Positions 18,229 to 29,145 of a DNA stretch of 64,000 nt are shown piece after piece. Source of the DNA: Bacilli bacterium (GTDB lineage: Bacteria; Bacillota_I; Bacilli_A; RFN20; CAG-826); the NCBI GenBank assembly GCA_024408295.1, contig JAKSVE010000002.1:7680-71679 (forward strand), read 5' to 3'. Below the pieces are notes generated by a model. It worked only from the letters and a program-made list of their open reading frames with translations, was not told the origin of the DNA and searched no databases. The first letter of the stretch is position 1; the number at the start of each line of letters is the position of its first letter. Made by a program: the position numbers and the translations under genes.

Positions 18229-18834
18229 TTAGTTGTGGTAAACAGAGCCAATATCGCGGTTTTTTGCAGCGATTTTAATGAGTTTATAGACAACTGGAGA
18301 CATAACTGCAGCGACGATAAATTCAACGACAAAGTTTGTGGTTAGTGAGATTCCAACAACTGTTAAGCCGAGACTTGTAAGGAAATCTTGGAAGAAGATG
18401 AATGATCCAAGCATGAATAATCCGGTGTTAACGATTGGAAGGATCAATGATGCAGCGATTGCGGCAATCAAGTCATTCTTCTTGTGGATGAGCTTGAAAA
18501 GGAAACCTGAAGCGAGTCCTCCAAGTCCGGTCTTAAGAAGACAAAGGAAGATTGTTGCGACGACATTCGCTCCGAGGAATCCTGCGGTTGCTGGGTCTAA
18601 GATAATAAGGAATCCGTCCACTGCTCCGAGGAAGAATCCCCACCAAGGACCATAGATGCATGCTCCGATAACGATTGGAAGCAATGCGAGGTTAATTGAA
18701 AATGGCTTCATTGGAACGAAAGTGCTGACGGCCCATAAAGCAGCCACTAAAGCAGTCATGATGGCAACGCCAGCAATCTGCCTTGTTGTAATTTTTGTTT
18801 TCATATTTTTCTCCTGATCAAAGGGGTAGTCCAA
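18229..18834 (-). CDS. ECF transporter S component, predicted pantothenate-specific (PanT-like) by adjacency to coaX
   Basis: 6-TM small membrane protein typical of ECF S components. Immediately downstream of coaX. Substrate inferred from context only. Confidence 0.65.
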   Translation of the reverse strand: MDYPFDQEKNMKTKITTRQIAGVAIMTALVAALWAVSTFVPMKPFSINLALLPIVIGACIYGPWWGFFLGAVDGFLIILDPATAGFLGANVVATIFLCLLKTGLGGLASGFLFKLIHKKNDLIAAIAASLILPIVNTGLFMLGSFIFFQDFLTSLGLTVVGISLTTNFVVEFIVAAVMSPVVYKLIKIAAKNRDIGSVYHN

Positions 18835-18869
18835 AGATAAAAGGCAACGACTAATTTATCTTATCTATA

Positions 18870-19625
18870 TTACTTCCTCTTGGCGTAGATTGAAGCTAAG
18901 CCGAACAGAGTGAGGTTCTCGTCATATGTGAAGTCATTGAGGTGTTCAATAACATATCTTGAGTTACCGCCTGTAATGACCTTCTTTAATGGATATCCTG
19001 CTTCTTTTTCAAAAGCAGCAGCAAAACCCTCGATTTCAAACTGAGTTCCATAGATGATTCCGGAATTCATGCAATCAAGTGTGTTTGTTCCGATGACATG
19101 CTTTGGTGCTTTGAGGCTGATTTCAGGAAGAGCTGCCGCTCCATCAACTAAAGCGTTGATGCTGATTCTTACGCCTGGGGCAATTGAAAGACCCGCAAAA
19201 GCGCCATCTTTATCCAATAATATGTATTTATTCGCAGTGCCTAAATCAACGATTAAGCATCCTGGTCCATACTTTGTGAGAGCCCCTACTGAGTCTGCGA
19301 TTAGATCTGCGCCGACTTCACTAGGATAGTCTACTTTCAATTTCAAACCTGTCTTCAATCCAGGTCCGACGGTTAGAGCTTTTACGCCCCAATCGCTCGC
19401 CATATCGACATATAGCGATGTTTTGCTAGGGACAACTGATGAGATAATCACTCCGTCAATCTTCCCGACCTCTTTATGGAGCATCATGAATCCCGCTCCT
19501 TTGACTTTAGCATCATCCTTAGAGGTTACGGATGAAGTCTCGAATTTGTAGGTGGCAATAAGGTTATCGCCTTCGAACACACCAAAATTCGTCATTGTGT
19601 TGCCAATATCAATGGCTAATAGCAT
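18870..19625 (-). CDS. coaX: Type III pantothenate kinase CoaX
   Basis: MLLAIDIGNTMTNFGVF is the Bvg-accessory-factor/CoaX N-terminus. Start placed at the internal ATG 19623-19625, which has a GGAGG RBS. Confidence 0.85.
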   Translation of the reverse strand: MLLAIDIGNTMTNFGVFEGDNLIATYKFETSSVTSKDDAKVKGAGFMMLHKEVGKIDGVIISSVVPSKTSLYVDMASDWGVKALTVGPGLKTGLKLKVDYPSEVGADLIADSVGALTKYGPGCLIVDLGTANKYILLDKDGAFAGLSIAPGVRISINALVDGAAALPEISLKAPKHVIGTNTLDCMNSGIIYGTQFEIEGFAAAFEKEAGYPLKKVITGGNSRYVIEHLNDFTYDENLTLFGLASIYAKRK

Positions 19626-19847
19626 TTGGTCTACCTCCGCTCTGACCTCCATCAAAATGAAGTGCCAGGCACGATTAGTATAATCCTTATATATAACATT
19701 GAAAGCAAAAGAGGCAACGTGTGCAAAAAATGCACAAGTTCAATATGAGATAACAGGAGAATTCCAAGCTTAGTAAGTATTACTATTTTATTCGTGCGCT
19801 TATTTTTTCGTTTATGCTACAATTTAGAAAATCGAGGAAAACAGAAT

Positions 19848-20285
19848 ATGATTAAATCTTTAGACAACGTTCTTGCGGAAATCAACAACATCTACTCAAA
19901 CGTCGGCTACACAAAAGACGAAGCAAGAAGCGACGATAATAGAATTCAATTCTACACCCATGTTGTTTCCAAATATTTTAAAGGTGAAGCCGCAATAACC
20001 GGTGTGATTGAGAAATCGGGAGTCATCAAACTCTATTTAACATTCGGTGAAATCGAAGAAACTCCAGAAGTCTACGACCTAATCAATAAATTCAACCTCT
20101 TCGCCGCCATGGCTAAAGCCTATATCGGTGAAATCGCAGGCAAGAAGCATTTAGAGATCAGATACACCAACTGCATGGCATTGGATGATGTACAGGCTCC
20201 ACTTCTCTTCCGCTTCTTCTTCGACGATGCAGTCGGCGCAGAATTGTCCAATCAGCTTAAAGCGCTCGTCGATCTTACAAAGTAA
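19848..20285 (+). CDS. Hypothetical cytoplasmic protein
   Basis: ORF with GAGGAAAACAGAAT-ATG RBS at 19848 (the upstream ATG at 19794 has no RBS). Own promoter (TGcTACAAT) and a terminator follow. No recognisable motif. Confidence 0.55.
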   Translation: MIKSLDNVLAEINNIYSNVGYTKDEARSDDNRIQFYTHVVSKYFKGEAAITGVIEKSGVIKLYLTFGEIEETPEVYDLINKFNLFAAMAKAYIGEIAGKKHLEIRYTNCMALDDVQAPLLFRFFFDDAVGAELSNQLKALVDLTK

Positions 20286-20300
20286 TCTAGACGGTAATTA

Positions 20301-20343
20301 AAAACTCACCTTTGGGCAATGCTTCTAGGTGAGTTTTTTTCTT
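20301..20343. terminator. Bidirectional rho-independent terminator between hypothetical gene and leuS (AAACTCACCT...AGGTGAGTTT + T7)
   Basis: 10-bp stem, A-run and T-run flanks. Confidence 0.7.
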
Positions 20344-20359
20344 AATGAGTGTCTAGATA

Positions 20360-22765
20360 TTAGGCAACAACGATATTGAAGATTCTTCCCTTGACGTAGA
20401 TGACCTTCTTGATTGTCTTGCCCTCAAGCCAAGGAGCGAGCTTTGCGTTTGCAAATGCCGCCTTTTCTGCTTCTTCCTGAGTTGCATCAGGAGAGAGAGC
20501 GAGGACATCTCTAACCTTGCCGTTGACTGAGACTGCAACGTTAACTGTGTTGAGTGTTAACTTGCTCTCGTCATAGTTTGGCCATGGCTCATAAGCAATT
20601 GTTGTTTCGTGTCCTAAAAGTTCCCACATTTCTTCGCCGACGAATGGGCAGATGCATGAGAACATCTTAACGAAGCCTTCGATATATCCGCGATAGATTG
20701 TCTTTGCCTTATAGCAGTCATTGATGAACACCATCATCTGTGAGATAGCGGTGTTGAATGAGAGTTCTTCATAATCAGCTGAGACTTTCTTGACGAGGAA
20801 GTTGTATGAATAGTCGAGTTCGCCTGAGTTTGTATCGCTGATTCTAGCGGTGAATTCAGGTTCTGAGACTAAACGGAAGCATCTTTCGATGAAACGTCTA
20901 GAACCGGCTAATGAGTCGGTATTCCATGGTTTTGCATCACACAATGGACCAGCGAACATTTCGAATAATCTAAGCGAATCGCCACCGAAATCTCTAACGA
21001 TATCATCTGGATTGACGACGTTTCCGCGTGATTTTGACATCTTTTCGTGGTTAGCGCCGAGGATCATGCCCTGGTGATAGAGCTTCTTGAATGGTTCTTT
21101 GCAATCAACGACTCCGATGTCATACAAGAACTTGTGCCAGAATCTAGCATAGAGCAAGTGCAAGACTGCGTGTTCCTGTCCACCGATATAAAGGTCAACA
21201 GGGAGCCAGTGCTTGATGAGCTTTGGATCTGCGATGACGTCCTTGTTCTTTGGGTCGATATGTCTTAAGTAGTACCAGCATGAACCAGCCCACTGTGGCA
21301 TGGTGTTGGTTTCTCTAGTTCCCTTGACTCCGTCGATTTCGACATTGAGCCATGAAGCTGGAGCATTGGTCAATGGAGGTTTGCCGTCCTTTGATGGCTT
21401 GTATTCATCGAGTTCAGGTAAGACTAATGGGAGCTGATCTTCTGGGATTGCAACTTCTCTTCCGTCTTCAAGAGTGACAACTGGGATTGGTTCACCCCAA
21501 TATCTCTGACGTGAGAAAATCCAGTCTCTTAACTTGTAGTTAACGACTTCCTTTCCCGCACCCATCTTGACAAGGTGATCGGTGATGACTACCTTTGCCT
21601 CGGCAATATTCATTCCATCGGCATATGCGGAGTTGATGTGAGGTGCGTCTCCAACCATTGCTTCATTTGAGATATCGCCTTCAAGAACTGCAGTGATTTC
21701 TAATCCGTACTTCTTAGCGAATGCATAGTCTCTTTCATCGTGTGCAGGAACTGCCATGACAGCGCCTGTACCATATGAACCTAAGACGTAGTCAGAAATA
21801 TAGATTGGAATCTTTTTGCCGTTGATTGGGTTGACTGCATCAGCGCCTAAATAGACGCCAGTCTTATCCTTCTCAAGTGATGTTCTAGCTAAATCAGACT
21901 TCTTTGCAGCTTCTGCAATATAAGCTTCCACTGCTTCTTTTTGAGCATCTGAGACGATTTCCTTAACGAGTGGATGCTCAGGTGCGAGGACGCAATATGA
22001 GCAGCCAAAGAGTGTGTCGACACGTGTTGTGAAGACTTTGAACTTCTTGTCGGTTGATGCGACTCCGAATGTGATTTCAACACCAGTTGATCTACCGATC
22101 CAGTTCTTCTGCATTTCGAGTGTGGACTTTGGCCAATCAAGTAAGACGAGGTCCTTCTCAAGCTGGTCTGCATAAGCGGTAATCTTGAGGATCCATTGTC
22201 TCATTGGCATACGAATGACTGGATAGCCACCACGTTCTGATTTGCCATCGATAACTTCTTCGTTAGCTAAGACTGTGCCAAGTTCCGGGCAATAGTTGAC
22301 TGGAACATTAGCAACATAAGCTAAATCGTGTTCGAAGAGCTTGCAGAAAATCCACTGAGTCCACTTGTAGTAATCCTGGTCGATTGTTGCGAATTCCTTG
22401 CTCCAGTCGATGGACATGCCAAGTGACATGATCTGATCTTTGAAGTGTGCGATGTTTTTTCTTGTAAAGCCTTCTGGGTGCTCGTTATTTGCAACTGCGA
22501 ACTGTTCAGCTGGCAATCCGAATGCATCCCAGCCCATTGGATGAAGGACATTGAAGCCCTGCATACGCTTCATACGGCAGATGATGTCTGAAGCGGTATA
22601 GCCTTCTGGGTGGCCGACATGCAATCCCTGTCCTGATGGATAAGGGAACATGTCCATTGCGTAGTATTTTGGTTTTGAAAAATCGTAGGTGTCGCAAAAG
22701 AATGTATTGTTCTTATCCCAATACTCTTTCCACTTAGCCTCGATCTTCTGATGATCGTAGGACAT
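20360..22765 (-). CDS. leuS: Leucyl-tRNA synthetase
   Basis: 801 aa. HVGH ([18 protein letters not shown]) and KMSKS motifs, CP1 editing domain. Confidence 0.95.
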   Translation of the reverse strand: MSYDHQKIEAKWKEYWDKNNTFFCDTYDFSKPKYYAMDMFPYPSGQGLHVGHPEGYTASDIICRMKRMQGFNVLHPMGWDAFGLPAEQFAVANNEHPEGFTRKNIAHFKDQIMSLGMSIDWSKEFATIDQDYYKWTQWIFCKLFEHDLAYVANVPVNYCPELGTVLANEEVIDGKSERGGYPVIRMPMRQWILKITAYADQLEKDLVLLDWPKSTLEMQKNWIGRSTGVEITFGVASTDKKFKVFTTRVDTLFGCSYCVLAPEHPLVKEIVSDAQKEAVEAYIAEAAKKSDLARTSLEKDKTGVYLGADAVNPINGKKIPIYISDYVLGSYGTGAVMAVPAHDERDYAFAKKYGLEITAVLEGDISNEAMVGDAPHINSAYADGMNIAEAKVVITDHLVKMGAGKEVVNYKLRDWIFSRQRYWGEPIPVVTLEDGREVAIPEDQLPLVLPELDEYKPSKDGKPPLTNAPASWLNVEIDGVKGTRETNTMPQWAGSCWYYLRHIDPKNKDVIADPKLIKHWLPVDLYIGGQEHAVLHLLYARFWHKFLYDIGVVDCKEPFKKLYHQGMILGANHEKMSKSRGNVVNPDDIVRDFGGDSLRLFEMFAGPLCDAKPWNTDSLAGSRRFIERCFRLVSEPEFTARISDTNSGELDYSYNFLVKKVSADYEELSFNTAISQMMVFINDCYKAKTIYRGYIEGFVKMFSCICPFVGEEMWELLGHETTIAYEPWPNYDESKLTLNTVNVAVSVNGKVRDVLALSPDATQEEAEKAAFANAKLAPWLEGKTIKKVIYVKGRIFNIVVA

Positions 22766-22786
22766 AGTAATCTCCTTTGTTATTGG

Positions 22787-24226
22787 TTATTTGGTGAAGG
22801 CCGAGATGTAAAGGTCTTCGTATTTCTTGGCACTCTGTGCCCATGAGCGGTCAAGTCTCATAGCGGTTCTTGCAACCTTATAGAAATCTTTTTGATTTCC
22901 ATAAAGGGACTTAGACATGCCGATAGCATAATCCATTCCCATTGCGTTGTAATCATTGAAACCGATTCCATCGGCAACATCAACGTTGTCACCGGTGTAA
23001 CCGTTGACAGTGTCTCTGAGACCGCCTGTGTATCTGACGATTGGAAGTGTGCCATATCTCTGAGAGACCATCTGGGAGATGCCACATGGTTCGAAAAGTG
23101 ATGGCATTAAGAAGAAGTCGCATCCTGCATAGATCTTGTGAGCGAGGTCATCAGAGTATCCGATGTAAATGCCACATGTATCTGGGAATTCTCTTCTTAG
23201 AGCTTCCATCTGCTGTTCAAGTTCATATTCGCCTGAGCCTAGAACCACGAGGTTAGCGCCGTTTCTAAGAGCATTTCTCATAGATTCAGCGACCAATCCG
23301 ATGCCTTTTTGCCAGGATAATCTAGAAACTAAGCCATAAACTGGTCCGCCATAGAACTTCAAGCCCATCTGTTTTAAGAGAGCTTCCTGGTTCTTATGCT
23401 TGCCTTCTTCAAGGTTTGTGATGCCATAGTTCATAGCAAGCTTTGGGTCTTTTCTTGAATCCCATTCCTTGACGTCGATGCCGTTTACAACACCGATGAA
23501 GTCATCTTTTCTGAGCTCGAGAACACCATTGAGATGGAATTCTGAGCTTGGGTCTAAGAGCTCGTCTCTATGAGTTGGTGAGACGGTTGTGATCTTGTCA
23601 CAGTAGACGATTGCGGACTTTAAGGTTGACACCATTCCGTTGAATCTGACTGTCCCGTTGTCATAAAGGTAGTCTGGGAGTCCATAGTAGTCGTTGAGGT
23701 AGAACTTATCGAATTCTCCTCTGAAGGCTGGGTTATGAATCGTTAAGACGAACTTTGTCTTTGCGAATAATGGGTTATCCTGTTCTTTCTCTTTGATGAG
23801 GACTGGGATGAATGAAGCCTGGTGATCGTGGACGTGGATGATATCAGCCTTGTAGTTGAGGTTCTTCAAGAGCTGAACCGATGCAAGCTGATAGAAGGCG
23901 AATCTCTCGTTATCATCTGGGTAGCTGTAGAGATTGTCTCTTTCGAAATATGGTCCGTTGGCAATCATGTAATAGGTGATGCCATCGATTACGGTCTTAT
24001 AGATTTTTGCGTGTGTTTTTCTCCAGGAGAGAGATACTTCGAAGTCGTCAAAGTCTTCGAATTTGTAGGTCTTCTCCTTCTTCCACATGGACTTGTATAA
24101 AGGCATGACGACGATGACCTCGTTGCCCATGTTGACGAGTTCTTTAGAAAGTGAATAAGCAACGTCTGCTAATCCACCTGATTTTGCTAGAGGATTGACC
24201 TCTGAGGAGAACATTGCGATCTTCAT
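22787..24226 (-). CDS. glgA: Glycogen synthase (ADP-glucose type)
   Basis: MKIAMFSSEVNPLAKSGGLADV N-terminal signature. 479 aa. Confidence 0.9.
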   Translation of the reverse strand: MKIAMFSSEVNPLAKSGGLADVAYSLSKELVNMGNEVIVVMPLYKSMWKKEKTYKFEDFDDFEVSLSWRKTHAKIYKTVIDGITYYMIANGPYFERDNLYSYPDDNERFAFYQLASVQLLKNLNYKADIIHVHDHQASFIPVLIKEKEQDNPLFAKTKFVLTIHNPAFRGEFDKFYLNDYYGLPDYLYDNGTVRFNGMVSTLKSAIVYCDKITTVSPTHRDELLDPSSEFHLNGVLELRKDDFIGVVNGIDVKEWDSRKDPKLAMNYGITNLEEGKHKNQEALLKQMGLKFYGGPVYGLVSRLSWQKGIGLVAESMRNALRNGANLVVLGSGEYELEQQMEALRREFPDTCGIYIGYSDDLAHKIYAGCDFFLMPSLFEPCGISQMVSQRYGTLPIVRYTGGLRDTVNGYTGDNVDVADGIGFNDYNAMGMDYAIGMSKSLYGNQKDFYKVARTAMRLDRSWAQSAKKYEDLYISAFTK

Positions 24227-25344
24227 TAGATTCTAGCTCCTTGCTTGAAGTAGATTGGCTGTTCCTTATCGCCTTTGATTTCGTGGTGGTCATTGACCTT
24301 TGAATACTTATCGATGAGGACATTATCAAGCACTACTCTTTCTCCGATCTTTGTGTCTGAGAAGATGATTGAATTCTTGATGAATGAACCTTTACCAACC
24401 TTAACTCCACGGCAGATGATTGAGTTTTCGACCTGGCCTTCGATGATAGCACCGTTTGAGACGAATGAGTTTCTAGCTCCGCCAGTCTCTCCGTAGATTG
24501 CTGGAGGGGTATCGTAAGTCTGGGTGTAGATTGGTCTATCGAGCGGGAAGAGCTGAGCAGCCACTTCTGGTTTTAAGAGTTCGAATGAGTATTCGATGTA
24601 GTGTTCGATTGAATCGATTCTTCTTGCATAGCCTTTGTATGGGACTGCATGGATGTTGAAGATTCCTTTTTCTACGCAGTAAGCAAGAAGTTCTTTCATG
24701 CCCCATGAAGCATCGACTTTCTCTGCTTCTTCAAGGATTCTGTTAAGCGTGTCTCTATTGACGATCCATGTTCCAAGAGCGACTTTAGCTTTCTTGCTCT
24801 CGCCCTTGTTCTGGTAAACATCGATGACGTATGAATCTGAGTCGATGTTATATGTGTTGCAACCGATGAACGCGACATCAGCATCATCGACATCCTTGTA
24901 GATGCCCGTGACTTCTTCTCCTCTTTCGATATGCTCTTCAAGGAAGACGGAGATGTCCATGTTCGTGATCATGTCAGCGGACTGGAAGACGATATATTCA
25001 GCATCGCTCTTGAGGATGACCCAGTCATTCTCTTTGATGTTGTTGATATCGGTGTTGTAGAGAGGATTCATCTGACCCTTCTCGTTGTAGAAGATGTTGA
25101 TTCTGCCTGACTTTGTGTTGTTGACCCAAGACATCATGTTGCCCATGTGCTTGAGGATTGATCTCTGGTGATCTTTGACTAAGATTCCAACGTTATCGAT
25201 TCCGCTGTTGCAGAAGTTGGAAAGTGGAAAGTCCATGAATGCGTATCTTCCGAGGAAGGATACTGATGCTAATGGACGATCTGATGTCAACTCACCCAGT
25301 GTGCATGAGTTGTGACAATCAAGAATTCCTAATACTCTTTTCAT
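24226..25344 (-). CDS. glgD: Glucose-1-phosphate adenylyltransferase regulatory subunit GlgD
   Basis: Nucleotidyltransferase fold lacking the canonical G-G-x-G-x-R-L, followed by a left-handed beta-helix. Positioned between glgC and glgA as in Firmicutes. Confidence 0.8.
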   Translation of the reverse strand: MKRVLGILDCHNSCTLGELTSDRPLASVSFLGRYAFMDFPLSNFCNSGIDNVGILVKDHQRSILKHMGNMMSWVNNTKSGRINIFYNEKGQMNPLYNTDINNIKENDWVILKSDAEYIVFQSADMITNMDISVFLEEHIERGEEVTGIYKDVDDADVAFIGCNTYNIDSDSYVIDVYQNKGESKKAKVALGTWIVNRDTLNRILEEAEKVDASWGMKELLAYCVEKGIFNIHAVPYKGYARRIDSIEHYIEYSFELLKPEVAAQLFPLDRPIYTQTYDTPPAIYGETGGARNSFVSNGAIIEGQVENSIICRGVKVGKGSFIKNSIIFSDTKIGERVVLDNVLIDKYSKVNDHHEIKGDKEQPIYFKQGARI

Positions 25345-25346
25345 GA

Positions 25347-26477
25347 TTAGTTACCTGCCTTTCCGTTAGCGATTAACGCAATGTTGCCTGGTTCTCCCTT
25401 AACGTCTTCTGAGACGAGGGCATATGGACCAATGATTGCATTGGAGACCTGAACGCCTTTATCAACGATTGCGCCGTTCATGATGACGCAATTCTTGCAG
25501 CTTGCGCCTTCTCTAACTCTAGCTTCGCTAGAAACAACACAGTGGTCGATGCCGCCAAGGATGACTGCGCCCTGGTTGACAAGGGAGTCTCTGATGTTAG
25601 CATTTGGTCCGATATACTGTGGTGTTGAGTGTGTATCTTCTGAATAGATCTTGTTCTTGCCCTGGACCTTATAGAGGTTGATGTTTGGGTCTCCTGAGAG
25701 GAGCAAGTCCATGTTGGCTTCGTGGAGTGATGAGATAGTGCCGACATCCTTCCAGTATCCCTGGTATGTGTATGCGACCATTTTCTTCTTCTGAGCCATC
25801 ATTGTTGGGATGATGTTCTTGCCGAAGTCGTGTTCTGAATCCTCTTTCTTAGCATCAGCGATGAGTGCTGCTCTGAGTGTCTTGTATGTGAAGATGTAGA
25901 TACCCATTGAAGCGAGGTTGCTGACTGGTTTCTTTGGCTTTTCCTGGAAGTCTGTGATGTTATCCTTATCATCTGTGACCAAGATGCCGAAACGTGACGC
26001 TTCTGCCCATGGGACCTCATAGACTGCGATTGTGCAATCCGCTTTGTTTTCCTGGTGCTTCTTAAGCATTGCGTTGTAGGTGCATGAGTAGATGTGGTCG
26101 CCTGAAAGGATAAGGACATATTCAGGGTCGACCTTATCGAGCCAGTCGATGTTCTGGTAGATAGCATCTGCAGTGCCACGATACCAGTTTGAGCCTTCGT
26201 CTGTCTGCTTAGGTGTAAGGACAGATGTGATGGATCTAACTCCGTTAAGACCCCACTTCTCTCCGTTTCCGACGTAAGTGTTTAAGTCGCTTGACTCATA
26301 CTGTGTCAAGACTGATACACAGGTGATTCCTGTGTTTGCGCAGTTGGAAAGTGGGAAGTCGATGATGCGGTATTTTCCGCCATAAGAAACAGCTGGCTTT
26401 GCAACTTTCTTAGTTAAAGCCAAGAGTCTTGTTCCTTTTCCGCCTGCGAGAATCATAGCTGCCAATTTGGTGCTCAT
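25347..26477 (-). CDS. glgC: Glucose-1-phosphate adenylyltransferase
   Basis: AMILAGGKGTRLLALT motif and C-terminal hexapeptide-repeat domain. Start placed at ATG 26475-26477, which has a GGAGG RBS. Confidence 0.9.
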   Translation of the reverse strand: MSTKLAAMILAGGKGTRLLALTKKVAKPAVSYGGKYRIIDFPLSNCANTGITCVSVLTQYESSDLNTYVGNGEKWGLNGVRSITSVLTPKQTDEGSNWYRGTADAIYQNIDWLDKVDPEYVLILSGDHIYSCTYNAMLKKHQENKADCTIAVYEVPWAEASRFGILVTDDKDNITDFQEKPKKPVSNLASMGIYIFTYKTLRAALIADAKKEDSEHDFGKNIIPTMMAQKKKMVAYTYQGYWKDVGTISSLHEANMDLLLSGDPNINLYKVQGKNKIYSEDTHSTPQYIGPNANIRDSLVNQGAVILGGIDHCVVSSEARVREGASCKNCVIMNGAIVDKGVQVSNAIIGPYALVSEDVKGEPGNIALIANGKAGN

Positions 26478-26604
26478 ATTTATCCTCCACGATATACAGG
26501 AATATTGTAACACAATATAAGTGCTAAACGCTTTAAAAAATTAACGCTAGAAACTACAATTTGAGCAAATAAATGGAACAGTTATGATTATTGTAAATAA
26601 ATCA

Positions 26605-26633
26605 TTGCTGAAATGTTCGTTTAGTGGTATAGT
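26605..26633 (+). promoter_or_regulatory. Sigma-A-type promoter for rpmB: TTGCTG-17 bp-(TG)gTATAGT
   Basis: -35/-10 hexamers with 17-bp spacing and an extended -10 TG. ~45 bp upstream of the rpmB GAGGTG RBS. Confidence 0.5.
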
Positions 26634-26677
26634 CCTTATTGCGATTTTCGAGTCGTGTCCCGAAGAGGTGAATAATT

Positions 26678-26875
26678 ATGTCAAGAGTATGTCAGATTTC
26701 AGGAAAAGGCCCAATGAGCGGTAACAACCGTTCACACTCAGTCAGAGCTACACGCCGTGTTTGGAATGTTAATCTCCACAAGTACAAGATCAACATCAAC
26801 GGCAAGATGGTCACAGTTAAGATGAGCGCACGTGCTTATCGCGCACTCAACAAGTCCGCAAAAGAGGCTGAATAA
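26678..26875 (+). CDS. rpmB: 50S ribosomal protein L28
   Basis: MSRVCQISGKGPMSGNNRSHSVRATRRVWNVNL matches the L28 family. 65 aa. Confidence 0.9.
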   Translation: MSRVCQISGKGPMSGNNRSHSVRATRRVWNVNLHKYKININGKMVTVKMSARAYRALNKSAKEAE

Positions 26876-26892
26876 TTCCTATAAAAAATGAA

Positions 26893-26925
26893 GCGTTAAA
26901 CCGCTTCTTTTTTATTGTCTTTTTA
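26893..26925. terminator. Bidirectional terminator after rpmB (GAAGCG-TTAAAC-CGCTTC + T6)
   Basis: Hairpin with A-run upstream and T-run downstream. Overlaps the stop of the convergent membrane-protein gene. Confidence 0.7.
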
Positions 26926-27597
26926 TTGGATAAGGAAGAATCCTAGAACACTTATTATCAATGATAATAGGGTGATAAATATAGATGCCCATTCTGCAAA
27001 GGCGAGGTAGTAGACCTTGTCTTTTTCTTTATCGAAGAACTCCCACTTCTGCAATCTCTTGTTTGCAATAATAACAGCCCCGATTATCATCGGTACTAAC
27101 GATGCCAATGTTATGGCGAATAGAGAGTTATCGAGTTCGATGCTGAAGACATGCATTTCCCTTGTGATATTGAAGAAATGCGCCATGAAGACCGATAAGA
27201 GTATCGAAGACATCATCATGACAACGAACGAGAGAATATGCTTCTTTGGGACGGATAGCTTGATGAATGAAGTAAAGAATGTTGCCGCACCATTAACCAA
27301 GGCGAGAGCCATTATAAATATCGTTAGAGATAAATATATGAGATTATACTGAGACGCAAAGTACGTAAGGTACGTATAAAATGGGATGGTCGAGACTATA
27401 TATAATATAAATAGGATACGGGCAACATACAGAAGAGTTGGGTTGATATCCGCAAATGATTCATAAAGAGGGTTCCTGAGGAATGAGAAGTTTCTTCTTT
27501 CTCTTCTATGAGCGGAGAACACCATAATAAGGAAGGCGATAAAGAAAAGAACAGGCAAACCTAGAAAAACAATGATCCCCTGCTCTTTAGATATCAT
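26923..27597 (-). CDS. Hypothetical polytopic membrane protein
   Basis: 224 aa, ~6 hydrophobic helices. Start overlaps the rpe stop. Confidence 0.55.
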   Translation of the reverse strand: MISKEQGIIVFLGLPVLFFIAFLIMVFSAHRRERRNFSFLRNPLYESFADINPTLLYVARILFILYIVSTIPFYTYLTYFASQYNLIYLSLTIFIMALALVNGAATFFTSFIKLSVPKKHILSFVVMMMSSILLSVFMAHFFNITREMHVFSIELDNSLFAITLASLVPMIIGAVIIANKRLQKWEFFDKEKDKVYYLAFAEWASIFITLLSLIISVLGFFLIQ

Positions 27598-28265
27598 TAT
27601 TTAAGAAGTCCTTTCGCTCTATCGATAAAGTCATCGTGACCAAATAGGTAAGAACCAGAGACTAATAGGTCTACCCCTGCTTCTAAGACCAATGGCGCGG
27701 TTTCTCCGTTAATTCCGCCATCAACTTCAACAACGACGTCTTTGCGCTTGTTTTTGATATATCTGATCTTGTCCAATGAGTTAGGCAGGAACTTCTGCCC
27801 GCCTTTGCCTGGATACACGCTCATCACAAGCACCAAATCTACATCGTTGATATACGGGTCTAAAACGCTTGGGTCGGTGTCTGGAGAAATGGAGATTCCA
27901 ACATTGATACCATGATTTCTAATAAGCTTGATTGTGTTTAATACATGTTCCTTATCAAGGCAGGCCTCATAGTGGAATGTAATGATATCAGCACCAAATG
28001 ATGCGTACTTTTCGATTAACTTCCAAGGTTCAACAACCATGATGTGGACATCTTTAACAAGTTCATATGAATCCTTAACAATCACTTCCATCTCGGCATC
28101 AGAAAATGAGCAATTAGGGACGAATTTGCCGTCCATAATGTCGATATGCACGAAATTTAAGCCGGATTTACGGATTAAATCGATTTCCTGTGCGGATTTT
28201 GTGTTGTCCATCGAAAGGATGGATGGACTCAATGTTGGATATGAGAATTGTTTTAGTGAGATCAT
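27597..28265 (-). CDS. rpe: Ribulose-phosphate 3-epimerase
   Basis: SPSILSMD, HIDIMDGKFVPN, HIMV are Rpe TIM-barrel signatures. Confidence 0.9.
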   Translation of the reverse strand: MISLKQFSYPTLSPSILSMDNTKSAQEIDLIRKSGLNFVHIDIMDGKFVPNCSFSDAEMEVIVKDSYELVKDVHIMVVEPWKLIEKYASFGADIITFHYEACLDKEHVLNTIKLIRNHGINVGISISPDTDPSVLDPYINDVDLVLVMSVYPGKGGQKFLPNSLDKIRYIKNKRKDVVVEVDGGINGETAPLVLEAGVDLLVSGSYLFGHDDFIDRAKGLLK

Positions 28266-28266
28266 A

Positions 28267-29145
28267 TTATTTGAATCCGAATAAGCGTGAAAGCCATGAC
28301 TTCTTGACCTTGAACGCTTTCTTGTCCTTCATGATGTTTTCGATTGCGTGTCTGAACTGGTAAGCTGACTGGTATCTCTCTTCAGGTCTCTTTCTCAAGG
28401 CTTTGATGATTACTCTATCTAGAGCCTTTGGAATAGATTGATAGATATCTGATGCAAGAGGTGTTGTTCTCTTGACGATAGATGTGACGATATCTTTTGT
28501 CTCCTTACCATCAAATGGCACTGCTCCTGTAAGGATTTCAAAGAAGAGAACTCCCATGGAGAAAATATCCGACTGGATGCATGGGTTGTTTCCTCTAAGG
28601 ATTTCTGGAGCGGTATAGTAGATGGTTCCTGGGATTGCATCTGAAGATGAAGCTTCTCCGACGTGTGAAGAGATTCCGAAGTCCGAAATCTTCACTGAAC
28701 CATCAGGTAAATAGAATAAGTTGTCCGGTTTGATGTCGCGATGGATGATGCCGTGGTCATGGACGTATTGCATGCCTAAGCAAAGCTGAACCATAACTTC
28801 GCAGGCTTCAAGTGGGTCGAGATTATGACCTGCGGCGACATTGAGTTTATCTCTAAGGGTTCTGCCATCAACATACTCGTTGATCATATATGGTCTTCCA
28901 TCGATCTTGCCTTGGCCATAGACCTTAACGATATAAGGCGAGTTCAAAGATGCAGAAGCCACGCACTCCTTCTGGAAACGCTGGACATTCATAGGGTTGT
29001 CCATGACGTCTTGACGCATGATCTTGATGGCGATGATTCTATGGGAAATCGTATCAAATCCCTCATAAACATCAGCCATTCCACCATGTCCGATACGGCC
29101 TGTAACACGATAGCGGCCGTCAATTTTGCTGCCGATCTCTATCAT
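28267..29145 (-). CDS. Ser/Thr protein kinase, cytoplasmic (no TM, no PASTA domains)
   Basis: GRIGHGGMADVY (G-loop), AIK, HRDIKPDNL, DFG, APE motifs. Start placed at ATG 29143-29145, giving an ATGA overlap with the phosphatase stop. 292 aa. Confidence 0.9.
   Translation of the reverse strand: MIEIGSKIDGRYRVTGRIGHGGMADVYEGFDTISHRIIAIKIMRQDVMDNPMNVQRFQKECVASASLNSPYIVKVYGQGKIDGRPYMINEYVDGRTLRDKLNVAAGHNLDPLEACEVMVQLCLGMQYVHDHGIIHRDIKPDNLFYLPDGSVKISDFGISSHVGEASSSDAIPGTIYYTAPEILRGNNPCIQSDIFSMGVLFFEILTGAVPFDGKETKDIVTSIVKRTTPLASDIYQSIPKALDRVIIKALRKRPEERYQSAYQFRHAIENIMKDKKAFKVKKSWLSRLFGFK

Noticed and set aside
18117-18332. 71-aa ORF 18117..18332(-)
   Set aside because: It spans an intergenic terminator hairpin and the 3' end of the ECF S-component gene. 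No RBS.
25478-26179. Ser/Thr-rich ORFs 25478..25747 and 25799..26179 inside glgC
   Set aside because: Out-of-frame shadows of the well-conserved glgC coding frame. Low-complexity composition.
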